Positions 1 through 15,012 of a stretch of DNA of 64,000 nt are shown in pieces. A model generated the notes under the pieces. The model was not told where the DNA came from and made no database searches. It saw nothing but the letters and a program-made list of their open reading frames with translations. The stretch's first letter is position 1; every line of letters begins with the position of its first letter. A program made the translations under genes and the position numbers. This stretch comes from Zootoca vivipara (taxonomy: Eukaryota), in contig NC_083278.1 of assembly GCF_963506605.1 (NCBI RefSeq), forward strand, positions 72,850,001-72,914,000, read 5' to 3'.

Positions 1-5333
<5,333 letters not shown>

Positions 5334-5959
5334 TTATGCAGGTGCACTTCCTTAACACAGGTTCTCTGTATTCATTCTGCTTTGTGCCATCAATGAAGAA
5401 AGATCTAATGAAGGGTTAAGAGTGGCCTCGCTTAGATGTCACTAACCGCAACATCTTCCCCAAACATAGCAACTGCTAGCAAGGCTGCCTTCCATTCCCC
5501 AGGATCACAGAAGCAACACTCCGAACAGGTTATGGGTTGCTTATGGTTCTCAAGGAGCAACTACAAAAGGGTCAGCATTAACATCCGGACTTCAATGCAG
5601 ATCCAGCCCTCACTACCAAGAAACCACATCCTGCCGTATGAAAAATCAAGAAGCAGGCAATGACAGGACTTCCAGGGAAACTTGAAATTTTGGCACCTCT
5701 CGTTCAAAAAAAGATCCTAAATACTTTGACACAGATCCCTCACAACCAAGTGCCACGCGTGCTATTAAGGTCGCACGCTTTCTTAACAGTGAAGCCCATT
5801 CAGTAGTTTCAGGCTCGGTATATAAAAGATATCTCACTTGAGATCTGGTCTGTACCTCCTCTCTTCGCTTGCCCCCAACCTCTCCCTTTAAAAATAAGAG
5901 TAGCAGTAGCAGCAAAAAAACGTGTCTCACTCAACTCAATGAGAATTGCTTATTTAAAC

Positions 5960-6990
5960 AGCCACAGCAACAACGCATGCAGAGGATCGCGCTGCCGAAC
6001 CAGCGGCAGCCGCCCTCTCGTTCCCGTTCGTTCAGACGCGCATCTTGCGCCGAAAAGCACCACGTGGACGAAAACCCCCCGCGAGCCCCGGACTTACGCG
6101 CAGATGGCGACGCTTCTTAAGCGCAGCACTACGCTCTCGCCCTGGCCCCGCCCCCTCTCCCGGTCCGTCCGCGCACGTGCTGCTTCTTCCGGCACATCCT
6201 CAGATTCCCCCCTCCTCCCTCTTCCTTCGGCGTAACCTTTCCCCGAACCAGCGAGTTGCAGGAGACAGAGAGCGAGAGCAAAAAGAGCTCCGCAGGCATT
6301 CCTAGCCGAGCGCCGACAGGGCCAGCCTCCTCATTGGCTGGCAGGCTGCGCCTGCGCGCTCGCCTTCCTCCCCCGGCCCCGCTCTCCTCCTTCTCTGTGT
6401 CAGTGCCGTCAGTCATGGAGCGGCTCCTCCGAGCCGCGGCGGCAGCAGCAGGAGCAGCGGCGGCGGCGGCAATAACAGGAGCAACCCCAGCGCTAGCGGC
6501 CCGGGACGCCCAAGGCAGCCTCCTTGGCGGAAGACCCAGCAGCGAGGAGGTGCTGCACGCGCGCGCGCCGGGATCCGCACGAGCGGCTGGAGCGGCGGCG
6601 GCGGCGTCTCGCGCCACTGGGAGCAAGTGACTGACGGCGCGAGCCCAGGAATTCCGTCTCGTGCCTGCACTGGGAGTCGCTCAAACGCACAGGCACGCGC
6701 GCGCGCATACGCAGCGCCTCTCTCTCTCTTCCTCTGCCTGCGATGCTTCAGTGAGTGCTTCTTTCAAACCCCCCCGCCCGACCGGCCCCACTTCCCCGGC
6801 ATGCAGCAACAAAACAGCGGCGGCTCCTTTTCCCGGGCGGGTGGAGCGTCAGGACGGGCTACGCCAAGTGTGGCGCGCGGAAGGGCCCTCCCGGGGTGGA
6901 GGCGTCGTCGTCTTCTCTCCTCTCCCTTCCCCCCCCCCCGCCCATCCTCACGCCGCATCTGCCTTTCCCATACAGCTGCCGGCAGGAAGA
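5960..6990. promoter_or_regulatory. CpG island / bidirectional promoter shared by URB2 and TAF5L
   Basis: Very GC- and CpG-rich. GC box GGCCCCGCCCC 6144-6154, E-boxes CACGTG 6061-6066 and 6174-6179, ETS/GABP CTTCCGG 6186-6192, reverse CCAAT 6333-6337, NRF1-like TGCGCCTGCGC 6347-6357. Confidence 0.85.
6098..6140 (-). other. URB2: Probable non-coding first exon of URB2 (TSS approximate)
   Basis: Minus-strand donor CGC|GTAAGT at 6098/6097. An acceptor TTTTAG sits 11 nt before the URB2 ATG (exon edge 5260), which requires an upstream exon. Confidence 0.6.
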
Positions 6991-8336
6991 CCTTAGGCTT
7001 CATCTGCCTCTGTGCATCCTTCCTCTTCAGCTTCCCATTAGCGGGGTTGGTGCCGAATGCAGCTTTGATGGGGTAAAGTTTGGAGCAAAAGGGGACTTCG
7101 AGTTCTTGAACCGCGTGGGTCCGTTTTAGAGTTTTAGAGTGAGGCGTCCTGTACTTAGTTACTTGGAATAGTTTGGGTTGACTAGTTTGCATTACCGTTG
7201 TGGCATTAATTGAATATCATTGCTATGCAGGCTAATGCACACACACATATATTTAAAGGTAGTTTGGTCCATGATAATTTTAAAAAAGAAAAAGAAATCC
7301 CAAATGTTACAAGCTTTCAAGTTCTGCAGAATTTTTAATCAGGCTGGATAAGCAAGATATTTCTATCCTTCCCATGCAGAGTTTACAAATTAAATAGGTA
7401 TGTACTACAGCAATTATCAGCAGAAGTTATAGCAACTGTGGTATATGAGCAAATGTTGTGCCACCTTTGAAAGTACACAATTGAAACATCATTTTAAAAA
7501 TACAGACAAATACAGTTGGTATTATACCATATCTCTGAAGGAGAATGTACCCAAGTCAGTCGTTGCTGACTTGTCTCTGGTAGTAATCAGAGAATTATAA
7601 CTCACTTGGTTGCATATACACACTTTGGTGGACAAAGATTTTTGTTTTACATTTACAAAATTGCATGTATTTTTCAAATCCTCAAAGGGAACAGACTGTA
7701 TTTTCTTAATTATTGCAAATTCAGCCTAAAATCTCTTTTGCCTTTGTAGGGGAGTGTTGAAGGCATAATTATACCTATCATGGGGTTTCTTCTCCTCCCC
7801 TCTCCCCCCATAAGTAATACAGTTGGTAGAGTAGTAAATCATTTGTGTGGAACAAAAGTGAACATCAGAACTCTGCAGATGCTACTACCTTAATTGATTT
7901 TGCATGAAAAGCTTCAAGGAACCTCATAATACTGATGCTTTTAAAATACATTACCGGTAGGAAGGTCAACTAGTAGTAGTAAAAAAAAAAGGTGAGTTCT
8001 ACTGTAAGTTATTTCATTGGAACTTCAGCTTTGTTCAGCAATATTTTATGAGCTATTACTTGAAATCAGATTTGCTCCCAATGGGGCTAACAAACCCTCA
8101 GTATTTCTGTGTTTTCCTCTTTTACATAAGAACCATGGTCCAATGTACATATGTAATGCAGATGCCTTTCTGAAATTAGGCAGGTTTGGGTCTGTTGTGC
8201 TTCGATGGGATGCTGCCTTGATCTTCCTAAAGAAAATGCAAGATATGCATGTAATAAATCAGTGTGAGTAAGCAGAGATTTTAGCAGGTAACCAACACCC
8301 AGAATGCTTTTCTATTTCACTTATGCACTTTTTTGA

Positions 8337-8543
8337 AGTAAAATAAAAAAATTCCTTCAGTAGCACCTTAAAGACCAACTAAGTTTTTATTTTGGTATGA
8401 GCTTTCGTGTGCATGCACACTTCTTCAGATGCACACGAAAGCTCATACCAAAATAAAAACTTAGTTGGTCTTTAAGGTGCTACTGAAGGAATTTTTTTTA
8501 TTTTACTTCGACCCAGACCAACACGGCTACCTACCTGTAACCA
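8337..8543. mobile_element. Penelope-like element, pLTR-only foldback insertion, with minimal hammerhead motif
   Basis: ~80-bp inverted arms (8335-8414 / 8429-8509), nearly identical to the termini of the GIY-YIG-containing copy at 9793-10451. Perfect 12-bp TSD GCACTTTTTTGA (8325-8336, 8544-8555). Confidence 0.88.
8395..8432 (-). ncRNA. Second minimal hammerhead motif (stem I has one mismatch)
   Basis: GCAU-CUGAAGA-A-GUGUGCAUGCACAC-GAAA-GC-UC^AUAC. The core is identical to 9845-9882, but the 5' strand of stem I is altered by the inversion junction. Confidence 0.7.
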
Positions 8544-9218
8544 GCACTTTTTTGAGTTTTACTCTGTGCCTTTCTACCATGCTTGAGGAAAAAGTTAAGG
8601 TTCTACACTAATGTTCCAGTCAACAGGGATGACTGCTGTTATGCACTATTAGGTATAAAGGTAGGGCAGAATGTCAAGTAAAAGAATGATCTGGAAATAG
8701 CTGGCCTTTGACAGCTAACTCTAGTAAAAGTGAAACGAAACTGAAACTAATTTTTCATATGTTTGACAGAAAATTGTATTAAGAGTGCAGAGTAGAATTT
8801 TATAAAATCACATTTGATTATTAATTGCAGCACACTAATCGGGTTCTATGCAGGATGGCATAGTGCCTCTCAAGTAGGCTTAAGTGTAATATATTTAAAA
8901 ACACTGCTGTTGTGCTTGGGAATAAAAATAGAAAAAGTGAAGGAGAACAGCAGCCATTAGAACCCTGAAGAAGTCACTAATGAAACATGCACCATTTTCA
9001 CCTAAACCTCTGCAATCCTAAAAGAACCTCAGTCCTTGCAAACTTCTGTGCTTTGATGCTTTATGATCTGAGTGATAAGCAGGTATTTCATTGAATAAGT
9101 AAGGTGTGCATTTTCTACTGTATCAGCTTTTGGAATGTGTAATGAGTGTCAGTTTCCCACAGGTTTCTAATTCAAAAATCATGTTTTAAGAAATGCGCTT
9201 CCTTTTCTTTTTGAGGTC

Positions 9219-12200
9219 ATGAAACGTGTACGCACAGAACAGATTCAGATGGCAGTTTCCTGCTACCTCAAACGCAGGCAGTATGTAGACTCAGAAGGTC
9301 CTCTGAAACAAGGGCTTCGCTTATGCCAGACTGCGGAAGAAATGGCAGCTAATCTAACAGGTACCTACTAAAGTTTCTTAATGAGTTTATTGCAGGTGTC
9401 GCCAACATGTGCCCTCCAGATATTATTGGATTACAAACCTATCATCCTTAAAATTTGTCCTTGCTGGAGGGGCTGTAGTTCAGCAACATTGGTAAGACAC
9501 GCTGTTGGCTACTTCTGGTTTATAGTAAAGTGCAAATCTCTAGTTACTAAAGAGTGAAACTTCTAAGCAATCAATTGGGGACAGTCTGAAGCATGAATGG
9601 CTTCATGATCCTGTAACACCCAGTTGTGTCCAAAGGCTGGGAAGCAAATAAATAAGCAAGCAAGAAGGTAATCTGGCAATTTACCAAATAAGACAAATAA
9701 AAATGAAAAGTGCAGCAGGAATGCTGCCATTTCCAAATATTTTGAAATGATTTGGCTGCCAAATATTTTTGGGAAGTGTTTTTAACGGACAATTTAAAAA
9801 ATTCCTTCAGTAGCACCTTAAAGACCAACTAAGTTTTTATTTTGGTATGAGCTTTCGTGTGCATGCACACTTCTTCAGATACACTTGAAACAGAAGTCAG
9901 TCCCTTATGTATATACAGAGGGTGGGGGTGGGGGGGTGGGAATGGGTGATGGGCTGATGGGAGTGGTAAACCTGTAGATGGCTGTTAACGACTGATGACT
10001 GCAATTGGTCCTGCGGGGGAAAAGCAAGGGCTGAGGCGCTAAAGAAAGCTTGATCATGCATAATGAGATAAGAATCCAATGTCTTTGTTCATCCCAGATG
10101 GCTCCATGGTTTTAAGCTTGGTAATGAGTTCCAATTCAGCAACTTCTCTTTCCAGTATGTTCCTGAAATTTTTCTGTAATAAAACAGCTGCTTTGAGATC
10201 TTGTATAGAATGTCCTGGGAGATTGAAGTGTTCTCCTACTGGTTTCTCTGTCTTGTGGTTCCTGATGTCAGATTTATGTCCATTTATCCTTTGGCGTAGG
10301 GTTTGGCCTGTTTGTCCAATATAGAGAGCTGAAGGACACTGTTGGCATTTGATGGCATACAAAATAAAAACTTAGTTGGTCTTTAAGGTGCTACTGAAGG
10401 AATTTTTTTATTTTGCTTCGACTCAGACCAACACGGCTGCCTACCTGTAACTTTAACAGACAAATTATGTTTAAATAAGTAAATTTGGGGTTTTTAAGGA
10501 GAACAGCCTTTTCACTGAGATGAAGCTAAATGATTTAGACCAGGCATCCCCAAACTGCAGCCCTCCAGATGTTTTGGCCTACAACTCCCATGATCCCTAG
10601 CTAATAGTACCAGTGGTCAGGGAAAATGGGAATTGTAGTCCAAAACACCTGGAGGGCTGAAGTTTGGGGATGCCTGATTTAGACCTTCTCTAGCTCATCT
10701 CTGCCAAGACGAGAACTATTACTGCTAAATAATTCAACTTTTATATATAGAACTCTACAGCCCTGACACTTTTTTGTGGTTCTAGATGTTTTACAATAAG
10801 CATCAGAGCAATGTGTTATTTTTATCAGTTTTTTTCCGACTAATTGAAAGCCCAGTTAAAGTTAAAGTTAAATCAATTCAGAGGAGACCCGCAGAGACAT
10901 AACTGAACTGTTTAGAAGTTATATTTAATACAAACAGTCATGTGTAACTTTAGAGGTACCTAATACTTCAAAGCACAATTGCCCACACAGAATGTAGCAT
11001 TAAAGTGCTAAGGCTGCAATTCTATAACCATGTTCCATAGAACTCAATGGTGCCTACTTCTGAGTAGACAAGCATACGATTGCACTGTTGGTCTGGTAAT
11101 TCAGGTTTCTGACATTCTGTAGAAGTAGGTTCTCATACTGCTTTGCTGTCTCTTCGCTGGACTTACGAGTGAACAAAGTCTGAAATAAAGTGTTTTTTTG
11201 AAGTGATGTCAGGTGATACAAAATCTCTGTGGCATTGGTTTGTGATTTCAGCTACAGGTAATGAATTCACTCCTGTCATGGAAGTAGAATGGCAACATAT
11301 TCACTTGTACAGTGGTACCTCGACTTACGAATGCCTCGACTTCCGAAGGTTTCGACTTACGAAGTCTGCAAACCCGGAAGTATTTTCGCTCCGCACGCCC
11401 TCTGCGCATGTGCAAAGCACAAAATTGCGCTTTGCGCATGCGCAAAATGGACTTACAAAGGATTCGACTTTCAAAGAGCACTACGGAACGGATCACCTTC
11501 GTAAGTCGGGGTACCACTGTACAGGTATCCCCATTTCCAGTGTGTGATTTTAAAGGGAAGATATTTGTCTAGAAATGCCTTTGTCACAAGCGTATATTAT
11601 TTGAGCACCTGTAGCCCTATTGCTTGTGGTATCAAGATGAACAAGTGGTTCATCTCCATCATTCACTGACAGAGGAATAATACATAACATAATAAAAGCC
11701 TGCTGGATAAAATCAGTAACCCATCTAGTCCAGCATTCTGTTCTCACACTGGTCAACAAGATGTCTATGGGAGGGAGGGAGGGAGGGAGGGAGGGAGGGA
11801 GGAGGCAAGCAGGACTAGACTGCTTCAGTGATTTCACAAATCTTGTCTTGAATGTAAAAGTTAATATATGTGCATCAAGTGTAGGATTACTTTTGGTCAT
11901 TTAGCACAAACATTTTGTTTGCTCTAATGATGTTGGTGATTTGGCACTTTTTAAAAACTCTGTCAAAACACTCCAAATATCTGTTTCAATGTGAGAATGG
12001 TGTGTTGTGTTGCAGCTTCCAGTGCTTTATAGAAACTATTTTTAAAACCTTTGTTTGTTCCCTTAGTTCAGTCTGAATCAGGTAGTGCCAACATTATCTC
12101 TGCTGCACCCTGCCTAGCAGAACCACAACAATATGAAGTACAGTTTGGGCGATTACGCAACTTTCTTACAGGTGAGTTTCATAAACATATGTGCCATATC

Positions 12201-14955
12201 TCCCCTGACCCTCACTGGGTCTTTTCAAATGGCTTTTGGATCATCAGTCATGAAGCTATAAATTCTGCATCCTTGGTGCATGTAACAATGGGAGAGAGGG
12301 TCCCATTTTGTAAATATAGTGCCTGAATTTCACTCTCCTGAATGGGTTATGCTGAATGGGAATATGCTCTATTCCTGAATAGAGTCGAAAAATAGCTCCA
12401 GGAAGGTGGCCGAATGGGGTATGGTAGTTTTACATATGACATGGAATAATATATTCAGATGTACTCTTGAAATTACCATTGGGATTCAGTTTGGCCAAAA
12501 AGCAGAAAACAAGCAAACCAGTACAAAAGAAGAAGAAAGAGCCTAGCATGTTATGGTACTTCCCAAACTGCTAGTCTGTGTGTTTTCCTCCACTCCCAGG
12601 TCAACACCATGTCCCTAAATGTGTGTGTTCCTAAATGATGCATTAACAGAAATGGGCTAGTTTTATTCTAAAGCTCTTCTTTGAGGGAGAGCCCCATGCC
12701 TAATTTAAAATGAAGTATGGCTTAGCAAAACAAATGCGGGCTTTTAGGACTTTCAGAGCAGCTAGATATCCTTTGACGGGGTGAAAGTTGCACTGAATGG
12801 CATGAGATGTGCATTTTTAAAACACAGAAAGAGAAGTCACAAGTGCCCTTAGAATATGTTTTATCTTGCTTCCATAATAATACCTGCTGAGAAAGTGAAC
12901 CCTCTCTCTCTTTCTGTATGTTTAGATTCAGATTCCCAGCACAGCCATGAAGTGATGCCTCTTCTGTATCCCCTCTTTGTCTACCTCCATCTTAACATGG
13001 TCCAAAATGGCCTAAAGAGCACAGTGGACAGCTTCTATAGTCGCTTTCATGGGATGTTCTTGCAGAATGCCAGCCAAAAAGATATCATTGAGCAGCTACA
13101 GACCACACTAACGATTCAAGACATCCTATCCAACTTCCAGCTCCGGGCATTTCTAGACAACAAATATGTCATCCGCCTTCAAGAAGACAGCTACAACTTC
13201 CTCCTTCGCTACCTCCAAAGTGACGATAACAATGCTCTTTGCAAAGTCCTCTCCTTGCACATTCACTTAGATGTGCAGCCAGCCAAGAGGATGGACTACC
13301 AGCTATATGGTAGTGGTGGCTCTTCACGCAGTGAGAGCAATGGCCTGGAGCCCACCGACATGCCTGCTTCCATCCTGCAAAACGAGGCAGCCTTGGACAT
13401 CTTGCAGGATAGCATTAAAAGAGTCAAAGATGGACCGCCCTCGCTCACCACCATATGTTTCTATGCGTTCTATAACACTGAACAGTTGCTGAACACTGCA
13501 GAGATCTCGCCAGATAGCAAGCTGCTTGCAGCTGGCTTTGACAATTCCTGTGTAAAGCTGTGGAGCTTGCGGTCCAAAAAGCTGAAATCTGAGCCCCATC
13601 TGGTAGACGTATCTCGAATCCGCCTGGCTTGTGATATCTTGGATGAGGAGGTCAGAGTATCTTGCTATCAGTATACATTTGGGTGGAGTTGGTTTATGTT
13701 CTTATTGCAATGATTTTTTACATGAGAGATCCTCAAAGCTTGCTGTAGCCTCTCCAGCCAGGAAAAAACACACCACCACCTTCTGCCCATCAGCTGTAAC
13801 TGCTAGGTGAAAGTGATAAGGAGCAACAGCTTTTGCTGGGTAAAGATTCATGCAAGGCTTAGTTGCTATTCTTTGTCGTGCTGATCGCAACGTGACAGAT
13901 CAGCCCTTCGTTGCTTCTTACCATTAGAATGGACATGTATTTACATCTTTGCTAGGAATTGCCAGGGCCTTCCTTTGGAAAGCTGCTTCATCCTTAATGC
14001 ATGTACATGAATGCACCCTGACTTCCAAGGTGTGTAATCATGGGGTTCAAACTGCATGAGGCAAGGAGAAAACTATATGTAAGTGCATATAAGCCTCTAA
14101 GGATAGCTAATGGATGCTGTAAGTCAGGGGTGTCCAAAGGTTAATTGTGATCAACCTGTTGATCGGGGGGGGGGGCATTCCTGGTCGATTGAGCGACCAA
14201 AAAAGGAAAAGGAAAAAAAGGTCAAGAACTTTGCTGAAGCATCCCCCGTAGTAGGGTAGTAGATCAACAACTCCCCAAAAAAAGCTCAACAACTTTGGGT
14301 CTAACTTCCCAACTTTGGTCAATCCATTGGGTAGATCACTGCCAGTGTTTTTATAGTGGGAGTAGATCGCAGTCTCTTGGAAGTTGGACATCCCTGCTGC
14401 AAGTGATAGGGCAAGGATAAACCACGTTTTTCTGTTTCTTGCCAGCAGGTCAAAAGGTGGAGTGGCCCAGCTTTTTACCTTTGGCTTTCTATAGCCATTT
14501 GTTGTTGTTTTAAAAAAACACTTCTCTCCCATTGCTCCCAGGCAGAGGAATGTGAACTGTGGCCCACTCGATACTTTGGCTTAATGCAGACTGTGAACCC
14601 CTTGTGTATGCTTTAATTACCATTTTCTCCAACTGCTGCTGTCCTACAGTTTCTCCTCCCTAAATCCAGAGATTCTCTATGCAATTGATGTAGCATTTGG
14701 ATTTTCAAAGCATAGGAGTCTCCAGATCTATGGAAGGGGAAAGTGTGGGACAGCCATAGTTGGAGAAGAACACCGCATGGACAAAGGGGAAGTAAATTCT
14801 ACTCACTGACGTAGATGCATTTCACTTAATAGACCTATGTTGGTAGTGTCTATTAATTTCAGTGGTTCTACTCTGAGGATGACTAGCTTTGGGTACAGCC
14901 CCCAATTTTCCTCCCTTCTTGGAACATGTTAGCAGAATAGGAGGGCTTTGGATCC

Positions 14956-15012
<57 letters not shown>

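Noticed and set aside
10054-10362. GIY-YIG ORF as a stand-alone or domesticated nuclease gene
   Set aside because: It is 5'-truncated at the inversion junction, lacks the reverse transcriptase and a start context, and is bounded by a TSD. It is a dead-on-arrival Penelope copy.
11521-11532. CAG|GTATCCCC resembling a U12-type donor
   Set aside because: It sits at a MITE boundary with no exon upstream. All mapped introns of the four genes are ordinary GT-AG.
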